From assembly GCA_023957975.1 (NCBI GenBank), contig JAMLGM010000003.1, forward strand, positions 12,024 to 76,023: 64,000 nucleotides of DNA, given 5' to 3'. The DNA is from Microthrixaceae bacterium. GTDB taxonomy: Bacteria; Actinomycetota; Acidimicrobiia; Acidimicrobiales; Microtrichaceae. Under the pieces are notes generated by a model. It saw only the letters and a program-made list of their open reading frames with translations, was not told the DNA's origin and made no database searches. Below are positions 34,888 through 45,175 of this stretch, in pieces. The position numbers and the translations under genes were made by a program. How positions within the stretch are numbered: position 1 is the first letter of the stretch; every line of letters begins with the position of its first letter.

Positions 34888-36182
34888 TCGACCAGAGCCG
34901 CCCTCATCGCCTCATAGTGGGCGTGGTCGCGGTAGGCGCGCCGGATCAAGGCGACCAACTCGTCGAGGTCGACCGGATCGAAGTACTCGGCGTAGGTGCC
35001 GCCCGCCTCGGGCAACGAGCCCCCGCTCGAACTCAACGTCGGCACCCCGTTGCCGAGGGCCTCGATCACCGGAGTGCCGTAGCCCTCATAGAACGCCGGT
35101 TGAACGGCCAGGTACGCGTGGCGAAACAGCGCGTTGAGCAACGTGTCGTCGACTTTGTCGAGCCAGCGGAACCGTCCGCCGTGATCCGGGTGGCTGCGCA
35201 TGCGGTCCTGCAACTCGTCGGTCATCCAACCCGCCTTGCCGACGAAGACCACCGACAGGTCATCGATTTCGTCACGAAGGGTGTCGTAGGCGCGGATCAA
35301 CAGGTCGTGGTTCTTGCGGGGCTCGACGGTGGCGACGCTCAGGATGTACCGGCCAGGCGGTGCCTCTGGGGGGCGCGCAAGGTCGGCGTCGGCGCGTTTG
35401 AAGTTGGCTCCCATGGTGATGATCGGCACCTCGAGCCGTCGCTGGACCCCCTCGGCCTCGGCGACGGCGAGCAGGTCGCGCCGGCTGCACTCCGAGATGG
35501 CGATGAACTTCTCGGAGTAGGTCAGGTGCGCCTGCATGAACGAGGTGAACAGCCGGATCTGCCCGGCGTCGAACCAGTCGTGGAACAAGAACGGCATGAC
35601 GTCGGCCACCAGCACCGCGGTGTGCACGCCGCGGTTGCGCAGCCACGGCAACAACTCGCTGCGGTGCGGCACGTTGTGCCAAGCGGCCTCGAGGTCGAAG
35701 AACCACGACTCGTCGGGCCACTCGTCGATGCGCAGCGCGCCGTGGGCGGCCGGGTGGTTGCGGAGGCGACGTCGGCGCGCGAGTTCCTCGCGCGCCGATG
35801 TCGCCGCCCGCGTGCGAATGAGTCGCCGCCCGAACCGCTTGAGCGAGGCAGGGAGCGGATCGGCGAGCGTTGCAAGGCGCGAGCGTGGGGGATCGGGTCG
35901 AGGGACGAAGTGGGCGAACGCGTCGAGCTCGGCGGTGGTGAGGTGGCGAAAGGTCTCGCACTCCGAACACCACAGCACCGGGATATACCGCACCGGACCG
36001 TCGAGTTGCATGAGACGACCGAGCATCTCGCGGGTGTGTCGTTGAAACCCGGTGATGTAGTTGACCGCCAGGGTATTGGTGACCTCGACGAAAACCGTGC
36101 GCCGAGGCATCGCGTCGGACCCGGTTTCGAAGGCCTGGTCGGGGATCTGGTCGGGGATCTGGTCGCGGTGGTCCTCGGTCAT
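34824..36182 (-). CDS. Glycosyltransferase (GT-B, family 1/4-like)
   Basis: C-terminal motif AFYEGYGTPVIEALGNGVPTLSSSGGSLPEAGG. Start at ATG 36182 (ATGA overlap with the upstream gene stop). Confidence 0.7.
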   Translation of the reverse strand: MTEDHRDQIPDQIPDQAFETGSDAMPRRTVFVEVTNTLAVNYITGFQRHTREMLGRLMQLDGPVRYIPVLWCSECETFRHLTTAELDAFAHFVPRPDPPRSRLATLADPLPASLKRFGRRLIRTRAATSAREELARRRRLRNHPAAHGALRIDEWPDESWFFDLEAAWHNVPHRSELLPWLRNRGVHTAVLVADVMPFLFHDWFDAGQIRLFTSFMQAHLTYSEKFIAISECSRRDLLAVAEAEGVQRRLEVPIITMGANFKRADADLARPPEAPPGRYILSVATVEPRKNHDLLIRAYDTLRDEIDDLSVVFVGKAGWMTDELQDRMRSHPDHGGRFRWLDKVDDTLLNALFRHAYLAVQPAFYEGYGTPVIEALGNGVPTLSSSGGSLPEAGGTYAEYFDPVDLDELVALIRRAYRDHAHYEAMRAALVDYRPPTWELGAAGIAEAFALD

Positions 36183-37462
36183 GATGGCGTCGACTCTACG
36201 ACGAGGGCAGCGAACCGATCGGCGATGACCCGCCAGTCGCAATTGGCCTCGACGTAGTTGCGGCCGGCGAGGACCCGCTCGTTGCCATCCTCGCTCAACA
36301 GTGCGTCGAGGCCGGCGGCCAGTGAACCGACCGATGTCGTCATCACCCCAGCGGCCTCGGGGTCGATGCCACGGGTGCCGACGGTGGTCGACAGCACCGG
36401 GAGCCCGGCGGCCAGGTAGGTGAAGAGCTTGAGGTTCGATCCGCTTCCGCCCCCCATCGGGTTGAGCGCGACCGTGGAGCTGGTCAGCAACAGCTCCAGC
36501 AGGTCGTCGCCGACGGCTCCGATCGCATGGACGTTCGGAGGCAGGTTGGCGAGGCCGAGCCGGGTCGAGTGGTCGCCGGCAAGGACGAAGTCGACGCCGG
36601 GAACCTGGCGGGCCAGCGAGACGATGTGGCGTCCGGCCTCGATGTTCGGCAGGTGCCCCGAGCCGACGAACAGTGCGACCGGTCGGTTCCGCTCGAGGCC
36701 GAGGTGCGGATCGAGGAGCTGTCGGCGAGCGACGCGGGCGGTTCCGACGATGAATTCGATGTCGCCGGTATCGACCCCGTTGGGGATGACCTCGGTGGTC
36801 GCATCGATCCGGTAGCGGGCCGACAGCGTGCGCAGGTCGACCTCGGTGGTCGTCGTCACCAGCACCGAGCCTTCACTCGCTCGACGTTCGAGGTCGTCGA
36901 CCCAACGTTCCAGCCAACGGCCACCGACGGTGTGGCGGGGAAGGATCGTGGCCTTCAGCTCAACCTCGTCGTTGTGGGAGTCGTACACGGTCGCGATCCC
37001 CGACGCGAGCGTGTCGATCGCGTCGATGAGGTAGGGCTGCACGGCGATGGCGGCACAGGCCTGGTCGAGCGCTCGGGTTGCCACCTCGGTGAACCCGGAG
37101 ATTCCCGGCCACATCAGGCCGCTTGCGATGTCGGTGATCGACACGTCGCCGGTGACGAGGCGCAACTCGGTTTCGCGCCGGGCTGCGCCGTGGTCGATGA
37201 GGACGCAGTGTTCGGTGACCCGATCGCTGAGCGTGTGGTCGCCGGCCAGGTCGGGGTTGGTCGTCAGGCTGACGATGGTGACCTCGGTGTCCTCGCGGCG
37301 TCCCAGCCCATCGGCCAGGTACCAACCCCGGAGTTGCCCGCCGCCGCGGCGGGGATGGATGGGGTAGGTGCTGAACGCTGCGATACGGCGTGGAGATCGC
37401 ACCGCAGGGGTCGACGCCGGGGTTCTCGCCGGTCGCGGAACCGAGGTGACGACATCGGTCAT
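36179..37462 (-). CDS. Glycosyltransferase (GT-B fold)
   Basis: LFVGSGHLPNIEAGRHIV...LNPMGGGSGSNLKLFTYLAAGLPVLST. Start uncertain (ATG 37462 or GTG 37588). The ORF-track start at 37804 overlaps the aminotransferase gene. Confidence 0.6.
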   Translation of the reverse strand: MTDVVTSVPRPARTPASTPAVRSPRRIAAFSTYPIHPRRGGGQLRGWYLADGLGRREDTEVTIVSLTTNPDLAGDHTLSDRVTEHCVLIDHGAARRETELRLVTGDVSITDIASGLMWPGISGFTEVATRALDQACAAIAVQPYLIDAIDTLASGIATVYDSHNDEVELKATILPRHTVGGRWLERWVDDLERRASEGSVLVTTTTEVDLRTLSARYRIDATTEVIPNGVDTGDIEFIVGTARVARRQLLDPHLGLERNRPVALFVGSGHLPNIEAGRHIVSLARQVPGVDFVLAGDHSTRLGLANLPPNVHAIGAVGDDLLELLLTSSTVALNPMGGGSGSNLKLFTYLAAGLPVLSTTVGTRGIDPEAAGVMTTSVGSLAAGLDALLSEDGNERVLAGRNYVEANCDWRVIADRFAALVVESTPS

Positions 37463-37580
37463 GTACTGCGGAATCGAACGGTTGAGCGCAACCGCCCGCG
37501 CCTTGGCCACGCCGCGTCGCGCCGCCCGCAGTCCGTCGGCGATGGTGCCCTCACCGCGGCGCAGCGCGTCGAACGACGAC

Positions 37581-38738
37581 CTATCCACGTCGGTTCGCCC
37601 AGGTGCGGAGCCGCTCGCAGCCTTCGGTGACGTCCTCTGTCGAACCGGCGAAGGACCACCGGACCCAGCGGTGCCCGTCGCGGTGATCGAAATCGACCCC
37701 GGGCGCTGCGGCCACACCGATCTCGGCCAGCCACCGTTGCACCAGTTCGAAGCTGTCGATCCCCCAGTGGTCGACGCGGCCGTAGGCATAAAAGGCGCCG
37801 TCACACGGGGCGACGTCTTCGACGCCGAGGTCGCTCAGCGCCGCGAGCAGAATGCGGCGGTTGTGCGCGTAGCGCTCGACCCGTGCATCGAGCACCGCGA
37901 CGTCGTCGAATGCGGCGATCGCGATGTGTTGGGCGAGGGTTGGCGGCGACAGATACGCGTGCTGGCTCAGCCGGTCGACGGCGTCGATCAGCGGTGCCGG
38001 TCCGAGCATCCAACCGAGCCGCCATCCGGTCATACAGAAGTATTTCGAGAAGCTCCCGATCACGATCGCGGATTCGTCGCCGCCAGCAGAGGGGGCCGGT
38101 CGATCGAAGGTGATTCCGTGATACAGCTCGTCCGCGATGAGCTGAACCCCGCGATCCCGGCACCACTGCGCCAGTTGTCGGAGCTGTTCGGGGTCGTACT
38201 GGGTGCCGGTCGGGTTCGCCGGGCTGGCGACGAACACCCCATCGATCGGGGCGACACCCGAGCCGATCAAACGGTCGAGCTGCTCGGCGCCAAGGACGAA
38301 CCCGTCCGCCGCTCCACACGGCACCGGAACCCCGATCAGGCCGAGCGCGGCGATGAGCTGGGGGTAACAGGGATACCCGGGTACCGCATAGGCAATCCGC
38401 TGTCCCGGGTCGAAACGGGCCAGCAGCGCCAACATGACCGCCCCGGAGGCCCCGGCGGTGACGGCGATGCGCCCCGGGTCGGTTTCGAGGCCGTAGCGCT
38501 CGTGATACCACCCAGCGATCCGCTCGCGAAGCGCGGTGATGCCAAGTGCCGGCGTGTAGCCCAGAGCGTCGCCCGATGCGAGCAACTCCTGAGCCCGTGC
38601 CACCGCCGAGGGCGGGGCGCCGTCGCTCGGCTGGCCCACCTCGAGATGCACCACGTCTCCGCGCGCCGCTGCGGCAGCGACCACCTCCATGACATGGAAC
38701 GGTTCAACGCCGGAGCGGGCGGAGACGTGATGGCTCAT
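37581..38738 (-). CDS. Pyridoxal-phosphate-dependent aminotransferase (class I/II)
   Basis: LGYTPALGITALRERIAGWY, PGYPCY, and SFSKYFCMTGWRLGW (the PLP-lysine motif). Confidence 0.85.
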   Translation of the reverse strand: MSHHVSARSGVEPFHVMEVVAAAAARGDVVHLEVGQPSDGAPPSAVARAQELLASGDALGYTPALGITALRERIAGWYHERYGLETDPGRIAVTAGASGAVMLALLARFDPGQRIAYAVPGYPCYPQLIAALGLIGVPVPCGAADGFVLGAEQLDRLIGSGVAPIDGVFVASPANPTGTQYDPEQLRQLAQWCRDRGVQLIADELYHGITFDRPAPSAGGDESAIVIGSFSKYFCMTGWRLGWMLGPAPLIDAVDRLSQHAYLSPPTLAQHIAIAAFDDVAVLDARVERYAHNRRILLAALSDLGVEDVAPCDGAFYAYGRVDHWGIDSFELVQRWLAEIGVAAAPGVDFDHRDGHRWVRWSFAGSTEDVTEGCERLRTWANRRG

Positions 38739-38747
38739 CGTCGGGTG

Positions 38748-39494
38748 TCAGTCGGTGATCCCGATACTCGCCGCCTTCGTTAGATCGACGAAACGGTCCA
38801 ATTCGGACGAGTCGAGCGCCTCATAGGCCAACGAAACGATGCGGTTGGTGGTGCGCTCGATGGCCTCCATCGTTTCGCCGAGTTGGGAGACGTCGGGGTA
38901 AGGCTCGGCGTAGCCGAACAACTGGGCGTTGGGAACACCACCCGTGTGCAACACGGCATCGAGCGGCTCGACCCCGGCGGCGGTGACGGCCACGAGGTGG
39001 GCGCCTCCGCGCAGCTCACGCAGCGCGGTGAGCAACACCATGGCGGCGCCCTTCGCATCGTCGGTCGACACCGACGCTGCGGCCTTTTGCCACCCGGCAA
39101 ACAGCGGGAACCCAGCGGTTGGGCCGGCGGCCACGACGCGGGCGCTCAACTCGGCCAGCTCCGCGTAGTCGATGTCGGCGCCGAAGTGGTTGCGACCCCA
39201 TTTCGCGCAGGCCGCCAGGTATTCGCGCGAGGCCTGGCTCGCCGCCATCACCGAGGTGCCGCTCGCCCACATCAACTCGACGACGGCCGGCGGGAAGAAC
39301 CCGAAGGCCGCTGCCGCCACTGCGGGCTCGACGTCGCCGAGCATCCCGCCGCGGCCAACGAAGTAGAAATCCATGCCGTGGAACCCGTGGTCGGCGTCGC
39401 CTGCGGCGTAGACGGCGGGGTCAAGCATGAACCTCGCGCCGATGTTGGCGACGGATCGTGCGCTTCGTTCAGTGGCTTCGAATGCGGTGGTCAT
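38748..39494 (-). CDS. Conserved hypothetical protein
   Basis: 248-aa ORF with ordinary composition and codon-position GC bias. No family recognised. Confidence 0.5.
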   Translation of the reverse strand: MTTAFEATERSARSVANIGARFMLDPAVYAAGDADHGFHGMDFYFVGRGGMLGDVEPAVAAAAFGFFPPAVVELMWASGTSVMAASQASREYLAACAKWGRNHFGADIDYAELAELSARVVAAGPTAGFPLFAGWQKAAASVSTDDAKGAAMVLLTALRELRGGAHLVAVTAAGVEPLDAVLHTGGVPNAQLFGYAEPYPDVSQLGETMEAIERTTNRIVSLAYEALDSSELDRFVDLTKAASIGITD

Positions 39495-39501
39495 CGTCGC
39501 C

Positions 39502-40698
39502 CTACTTCGCCACGATCACGGATGAACCGTGACCGAACAGTCCCTGGTTGGCGGTGATGCCGACCTTGGCCCCCTCGACCTGACGCCCTTCGGCCTGGCC
39601 GCGCAGCTGCCAGGTGAGCTCACACACCTGAGCGATCGCCTGGGCCGGAACCGCCTCGCCGAAACAGGCCAGGCCGCCCGAAGGGTTCACCACGACGCGT
39701 CCACCGAAGGTGGTCTCGCCGTCGCGCAGCAGTTTCGACGCCTCGCCCTCCGCGCAGAACCCGAGGTCCTCGTACCAGTCGAGTTCGAGCGCGGCCGACA
39801 GGTCGTAGACCTCGGCGACGTCGATGTCTTCGGGGCCGATGCCGGCCTGTTCGTAGGCGGCGTGGCCGATGTCTTGTTTGAACGTGCGCTGTGGAATCGG
39901 CAGACCCGCGGCCGAGTCGGTCGCAAAGTGCGGCATCTCGATGATCGTGTTGGGGAAGGTCGGCGTCACCGTCGACACGCCCTTGATGACCGGGTTGTCG
40001 GACTTCGAGTGCTTGGCCGCCCACTCCTTGGAGGCCAAGATGAGCGCCGCGCCGCCGTCGGAGGTCGCGCAGATGTGCAGGAGGCGCAGGGGATCGGCCA
40101 CCATCGGCGAGGCCTGAACCTCTTCGAGGGTGAACTCCTTGCGATAGCGCGCGTACGGGTTGTTGAGACCGTGGCGCGCGTTCTTGATCTTCACCTGCGC
40201 GAAGTCCTCGTCGGTCGCCCCGTACAGGTCCATGCGGCGACGCGCATACAGGCCGAAGTAGGTGGGGTTGGTGGCGCCGAGGAGGCGAAAGCGCAGCCAG
40301 TCCGGGTCGTCGCCGCGCTCGCCCTTCGCCGGAGCGAGGAAGCCCTTCGGGGTGGTGTCGGCACCGACGACCAGGGCGACGTCGCACAGTCCGGCCATGA
40401 TGCGCTGACGGGCGGCTTCGATGGCCATGACCCCCGACGCACAGGCGCCGTAGGCCGAGGTCACCGGAATGCCGGTCCAGCCCATCGCCTGGGCGAACGT
40501 CGCGCCGGCCACGTAGCCGGGGTAGCCGTTGCGCATCGTGTCGGCGCCGGCGACGAATTGGATGTCGCGGTAGTCGATGTCGGCGTCTGCGACCGCGTCA
40601 CGGATCGCTGCGACGCCGTACTCGACGAAGTTGCGGCCCCACTTGCCCCACGGGTGCATCCCCGCTCCGATGATGACGACCTCGTCGACTGCCATCAC
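39502..40698 (-). CDS. Thiolase-like / lipid-transfer (SCP-x type) protein
   Basis: VVIIGAGMHPWGKWG, TSAYGACASGVMAIEAA, NPSGGLACFGEAVPAQ. ATGA overlap with the upstream DUF35-type gene. Confidence 0.8.
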   Translation of the reverse strand: MMAVDEVVIIGAGMHPWGKWGRNFVEYGVAAIRDAVADADIDYRDIQFVAGADTMRNGYPGYVAGATFAQAMGWTGIPVTSAYGACASGVMAIEAARQRIMAGLCDVALVVGADTTPKGFLAPAKGERGDDPDWLRFRLLGATNPTYFGLYARRRMDLYGATDEDFAQVKIKNARHGLNNPYARYRKEFTLEEVQASPMVADPLRLLHICATSDGGAALILASKEWAAKHSKSDNPVIKGVSTVTPTFPNTIIEMPHFATDSAAGLPIPQRTFKQDIGHAAYEQAGIGPEDIDVAEVYDLSAALELDWYEDLGFCAEGEASKLLRDGETTFGGRVVVNPSGGLACFGEAVPAQAIAQVCELTWQLRGQAEGRQVEGAKVGITANQGLFGHGSSVIVAK

Positions 40699-41153
40699 TG
40701 ATCACCCTTCTCGCCGGACCAGCCCACGGGCTGCCATTTCCACATCATGTAATCGTTGTCCTCGTCGCTGTAGAGGACGTCGAGGACGAGCTCCATCTGT
40801 GCGCCCACCTTGATGGCCTCGCGGGGAACGTCGGTAGCGACCTGGCCGAGCACCACCATCTGTTCGGCCTCGAGATGCACCGCAGCGATCCAGAACGGTT
40901 CGTAGGGATCGGTCACCGCGATGTAGGGCTCGGGCGGCTGGTAGCCGGCGTTGGTGTAGCTCCACAGGGTGCCGGTGCGGCTCAGGTTGACCTCGACGAG
41001 TTCGCTCGACGCAAACCCCGGGGCTCGCGACATGGTCGTCTCGGGAGGGAAGAAGATGGTGCCGCTGTCGACACACTTGGTGCCGATCAGGCGTGGTTCG
41101 TCATCGAGGGTGAACCACCCGTCGATGGCCGGAACTCGGGTCCGGGGCATCAT
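40695..41153 (-). CDS. OB-fold (DUF35-type) protein partner of the thiolase-like protein
   Basis: Start at ATG 41153 or 41150 (MMPRTRVPAIDGWFTLDDEPRLIGTKC...). The size and pairing with a thiolase-like gene are typical. Confidence 0.65.
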   Translation of the reverse strand: MMPRTRVPAIDGWFTLDDEPRLIGTKCVDSGTIFFPPETTMSRAPGFASSELVEVNLSRTGTLWSYTNAGYQPPEPYIAVTDPYEPFWIAAVHLEAEQMVVLGQVATDVPREAIKVGAQMELVLDVLYSDEDNDYMMWKWQPVGWSGEKGDQ

Positions 41154-41335
41154 TGCCACCTTTCTAGGGGGGAGTACTGCTGGGAGGTGCTGTTGGTCTG
41201 GTTGTCGCTCTGGGCCGAGCGAACGATGGACAGAGGGTACCGCGGCCCCCTCCGGTAGGCGCCAAGTGCAACCGCGCTGAGCCGGTTGATTCAAATGCAT
41301 TCCGGCGTGCCTCATCGCGACGGACCCCCTCTACC

Positions 41336-42055
41336 GTGACGCGCATGATGACCTCTGAGACCCTTCAGGGAACCGGCCTCCAGGGCACCGGTCTCGATTC
41401 CGTGATCGGCATGTACGCGGTCGTGCATCGACTTCGTTCGACGGTGGTGACGCCGCTGGTTGCCGCCGGCCTCGGAGACCCGCTGGTGCGCGCCCCGAAG
41501 CGAGTCCTGGTCTACGGGCCGCCGCAGTGCGGTGTGCGGTTCATCGCCGACTGTCTGGCCGCAGAGCTCGAGGAGATGCCGGGGGTCAGCGTCGCCGTGC
41601 TGCCGTGCCTGGACGACGACCCGTTCACGACCTCGGTGAACGAGGCGGTCGCCATGGCCGCAGGCACCCACACCGTGGTCGTGGCGACGAGCCATCAGCC
41701 ATGGACGCTCGACAGCGAGCTTCTCGATGGGTTCGACCGCACGTGTTTCGTACATCCACCGGATTGGGAGGCACGGCGATTCCGGCTGTGGGAATCGCAC
41801 CTCGGACGCCTCGTCGACACCGATGCGCTCGACAATTTCGTGACGGTCACCGAAGGCTGGTGCGGCACCGACCTTGCGGCCGGGTTCGAATCGGTGGATA
41901 CGTCGGATCTCGACGCCTCGGTCGCAACCGCTCACCAGACGGGCGCTCCGGTGACCGCCCAATGGCTCGATGATGCGGTGCAGCTCATCCGTGAGCGGTC
42001 CGGCGCAGGATTCGACGACCTGAAGTCGTATCTCCAACGCGTACGGCGCTGGTAG
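41336..42055 (+). CDS. AAA+-like protein with degenerate Walker A
   Basis: RVLVYGPPQCGVRFIADCLAAEL replaces GPPGTGKT. VVVATSHQPWTLDSELLDGFDRTCFVHPPDWEARRFRLWESHL resembles the AAA sensor-1 / arginine-finger region. Confidence 0.5.
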   Translation: MTRMMTSETLQGTGLQGTGLDSVIGMYAVVHRLRSTVVTPLVAAGLGDPLVRAPKRVLVYGPPQCGVRFIADCLAAELEEMPGVSVAVLPCLDDDPFTTSVNEAVAMAAGTHTVVVATSHQPWTLDSELLDGFDRTCFVHPPDWEARRFRLWESHLGRLVDTDALDNFVTVTEGWCGTDLAAGFESVDTSDLDASVATAHQTGAPVTAQWLDDAVQLIRERSGAGFDDLKSYLQRVRRW

Positions 42056-42083
42056 CGGCTCCCTCCGGGCCAGGCCGTTGCGG

Positions 42084-42791
42084 TCAGCTCCAGTGCCCGT
42101 GGCCGGGCGAACGTTCGTGGGAACGGTCGGTGATGCGATGGGGCTCGTCGTCTCGCGGTAATACCACGATGTCGTCAGCGCGTTGACGTCGAGCGAACAC
42201 GAACGCCGCACCAGCGACGACGAGCAGTAGGAACGCAATGGCCGTCGCAACGGCCACCGTCCACCAACTCGAGCCGTTGGCGGTGAAGCGCACGGCGAGG
42301 CGAACCGGCTCCGCGCTGTGGGGCTCGGCGTCGGCCTTGGCGATCGTTCGATCGAGGCGGGCACGGCACTCGTCGAGGGAGGAACGCGCCGAGGTCACGG
42401 CATTTTCCCCGAGCTGGTTCGAGACCCGGTCGATGCACCCATCGAGTTCCGCCAGCCCGGACGCGACCGACGGGGCGTCGTCGAAGGAACCGCTGAGATC
42501 GACCTCGGTGCTGGTCACGTCTCCGACCGCGTTGAGCGTGTCGAGCACGGCGTTCAGCTGAGCGGCCGGGACTTGGAAGATGACTTCGGAGGCATCTGCC
42601 CCTCGAGTGTCTTCGGCCCGGATCGATGCTCCCAACTCGGACAGTCGGGCGATCACGATGTTGCGCGATGCCCGAATGTCGTCGCTCTTGAGCGTGACCG
42701 CCGCATCGAAGCGCTGGGAGAACGCGCCGCTCAACACCGCGACCACGACGAGTGAGAGCGGGAACATGATCAGCACGAGCATCCGCTTCAT
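42084..42791 (-). CDS. Membrane-anchored hypothetical protein
   Basis: N-terminal hydrophobic MKRMLVLIMFPLSLVVVAVL and C-terminal TM WWTVAVATAIAFLLLVVAGAAFVF. Confidence 0.5.
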   Translation of the reverse strand: MKRMLVLIMFPLSLVVVAVLSGAFSQRFDAAVTLKSDDIRASRNIVIARLSELGASIRAEDTRGADASEVIFQVPAAQLNAVLDTLNAVGDVTSTEVDLSGSFDDAPSVASGLAELDGCIDRVSNQLGENAVTSARSSLDECRARLDRTIAKADAEPHSAEPVRLAVRFTANGSSWWTVAVATAIAFLLLVVAGAAFVFARRQRADDIVVLPRDDEPHRITDRSHERSPGHGHWS

Positions 42792-42851
42792 CGATTTGAC
42801 ACTACGGCGCCGAGAACCGGCTTCGGCGGACCTCCGTGGTTCGGCGACGGT

Positions 42852-43625
42852 TCAGACGTGGAGGTCGGCGGCGTTGAGGAAGGCGGGGAGTTCGCCTCCG
42901 CCGTGCAACAGCACCTGAGAGCCGTTCGCATAGGCCGCCAGCGGGGATGCGAAGAACACACACGCGTTGGCGACGTCATCCGGGGTGCCCATGCGTCGCA
43001 GCGGGACGGTTGCGGCCACCCTCGCGATGCCCTCGGCGTCGCCGTAGTGAAGCTCAGCCTGGTCGGTTTCGATCAGCCCGCACGTCACGGCATTGACCCG
43101 GACCTTGGGCGCCCATTCGATGGCCAACGAGGTCGTCAGACTCAACAGGCCGGCCTTCGCCGCTCCGTACGCCGCCGTGCCGGGAGATGGCCGGATGCCG
43201 GACACCGAGGTGATGTTGATGATCGTTCCGCCGTCCTGCTGTTTCTGCATCACCGCGTTCGCGGCGGTTGCGAGATACAGCGGGGCGAGCAGGTTGAGCT
43301 TGATGATCGACTCGCTGAATCGGGGTGAGGCGTCGGCGGCATTGACGTGTGGACTTCCGCCGGCGTTGTTGATCGCGATGTCGAGGCGTCCGAAGCGTTC
43401 CACGGTCGCATCAACGAATGCCTGCACCTGTTCGGGGTCGCGCACGTCGCAGGCGAAGAACGCGGCGCTTCGATCTCCCGATGTCGGCAGCGATTCGGGT
43501 TCGCTTCGGCCACAGGTCATCACCTGCGCGCCGAGTGCCAGGAACCGCTCGACGATCGTGCGGCCGATGCCCTTCGTGCCGCCGGTGACGACGGCGACCT
43601 TACCCGTGAAGTCGATGCTCTCCAT
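42852..43625 (-). CDS. Short-chain dehydrogenase/reductase (SDR)
   Basis: Start at ATG 43625 (MESIDFTGKVAVVTGGTKGIGRT), catalytic YGAAKAG. The upstream part of the 447-aa track ORF is a shadow. Confidence 0.85.
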   Translation of the reverse strand: MESIDFTGKVAVVTGGTKGIGRTIVERFLALGAQVMTCGRSEPESLPTSGDRSAAFFACDVRDPEQVQAFVDATVERFGRLDIAINNAGGSPHVNAADASPRFSESIIKLNLLAPLYLATAANAVMQKQQDGGTIINITSVSGIRPSPGTAAYGAAKAGLLSLTTSLAIEWAPKVRVNAVTCGLIETDQAELHYGDAEGIARVAATVPLRRMGTPDDVANACVFFASPLAAYANGSQVLLHGGGELPAFLNAADLHV

Positions 43626-43748
43626 GGGGGCGAGGGTATCGAGGCTTCCGCGGGCGGGTGAAACCTGTTCTAGATCTCCGGGTCTCGGGTCGGGAACAAT
43701 GGGGTGACCATTCCACCACCCGGCCGTCGCGGCCGATGAGGAGATTTC

Positions 43749-44507
43749 GTGCCTATTACGTGCACCATCACCGACGGCATCGCCGAGATCGTCATGGACA
43801 ACCCGCCAGTCAACGCGCTCACCGTCGCCGGCTGGTTCGAACTCGGCGAGGTGATCACCGCCGCCGGGCGCGACCCCGAAGTCGGCGCCGTCATCCTGCG
43901 CGCCGAAGGCAAGGGATGGAACGCCGGGGTCGACATCAAAGAGATGCAGAACACCGAGGGGTTCGACGCGTTGATCGGTGCGAACCGCGGCTGTTACGCA
44001 GCGTTTGCCGCCGTCTATGAGTGCGAGGTGCCGGTGATCGCTGCGGTGCACGATTTCTGTCTGGGCGGCGGCATCGGCCTCGTGGGCAATGCCGACATCA
44101 TCGTCGCAGCCGAAGGCACCCGGTTCGGGCTTCCCGAGGTGAACCAGGGAGCCCTCGGCGCCGCCACCCACCTTGCCCGTCTCGTGCCGCAGCACAAGAT
44201 GCGCGAGATGGTCTATACGGCGCTGCCGGTCGATGCCCAGTACCTGGCCGACTACGGCTCGGTGACCCGCGTCGTGCCGCTCGAGGAACTGCGCGACGCG
44301 GCCTTTGAGATCGCCCGGGTGATCTGCACCAAGTCGCGGCTCGTGATCCGCCGTGCCAAGGAATCGCTCAATGCGATCGACCCCGTCGACGTGAAGCGGT
44401 CGTACCGCTTCGAACAGGGTTTCACCTTCGAACTCAACCTGTCGGGCGTGTCCGACGAGGCCCGTGACGCGTTCGTGGAAAAGCGCGACGCGTCCTATTC
44501 GAAGTAA
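43749..44507 (+). CDS. Enoyl-CoA hydratase/isomerase (crotonase family, EchA20-like context)
   Basis: IAEIVMDNPPVNAL, GKGWNAGVDIKEM, HDFCLGGGIGL. GTG start. Confidence 0.8.
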   Translation: MPITCTITDGIAEIVMDNPPVNALTVAGWFELGEVITAAGRDPEVGAVILRAEGKGWNAGVDIKEMQNTEGFDALIGANRGCYAAFAAVYECEVPVIAAVHDFCLGGGIGLVGNADIIVAAEGTRFGLPEVNQGALGAATHLARLVPQHKMREMVYTALPVDAQYLADYGSVTRVVPLEELRDAAFEIARVICTKSRLVIRRAKESLNAIDPVDVKRSYRFEQGFTFELNLSGVSDEARDAFVEKRDASYSK

Positions 44508-44530
44508 CGCGGCAGCCTCGGCGGGCGAAT

Positions 44531-44571
44531 AACGCGTTGAGGGCGGCCGCAGTGGCCGCCCTCAACGCGTT
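44531..44571. terminator. Bidirectional stem-loop between convergent genes
   Basis: Perfect 18-bp arms aacgcgttgagggcggcc / ggccgccctcaacgcgtt with a 5-nt loop, 24 nt after the hydratase stop and 17 nt from the convergent lipoprotein stop. Confidence 0.6.
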
Positions 44572-44587
44572 TCAGCTCAGCTGTGAC

Positions 44588-45175
44588 CTACTCGGCCGCG
44601 CATTGGGCGCCGAGTCGTGTGTTGAGTTCGGTCTGCGCGGCGACGTATTCCTCGTTGGCCAACATCGTCGGCCCGTGATCGACATAAGCGGCGACATCGA
44701 GGTCGTCGGCGGTCGCCTCGGCTTCGATCTCATCGGCGAGCTTCGCGATGGCTTCGCGGGTCTCGGGCGTCAGCCCCTCGGTCAGCTCCCCGAGGCGCCG
44801 GTAGGTCTGGGCGAAGAACTTGCCCGCAGCGCGGGCTCCGGCCTCATCGGTCGGGGACAACGACTGCTCCGACACCGTGAGCTCGACAACCTCGCAGGCA
44901 TCAGTAGCCGCCTCGAGTTGGGCCGTCGACTCATCGATCCAGGCGAGAAGCGCGGTGCTGTTCTCGGCCTCCTGTTCGGGAGACAGCGTTGTCGTCGGCA
45001 GTTCTTCGGTTGACTCGGTGGTTGCGCCGTCGTCGCCGTTGGCCGATGCGGACGTCGTGGTGGTCGCATCAGGCTTGTCGGAGTTGTCGTCGGATCCGCC
45101 GCAGGCGCTGGACAGGAGCAGTGCGGCGGCGACGGCGGTGGTGGCGGCCGCCCGGATCGTGCGGGAGGTGAACAT
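44588..45175 (-). CDS. Putative lipoprotein
   Basis: MFTSRTIRAAATTAVAAALLLSSACGG is a signal peptide plus lipobox. Followed by a low-complexity T/D/E-rich linker. Confidence 0.6.
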   Translation of the reverse strand: MFTSRTIRAAATTAVAAALLLSSACGGSDDNSDKPDATTTTSASANGDDGATTESTEELPTTTLSPEQEAENSTALLAWIDESTAQLEAATDACEVVELTVSEQSLSPTDEAGARAAGKFFAQTYRRLGELTEGLTPETREAIAKLADEIEAEATADDLDVAAYVDHGPTMLANEEYVAAQTELNTRLGAQCAAE

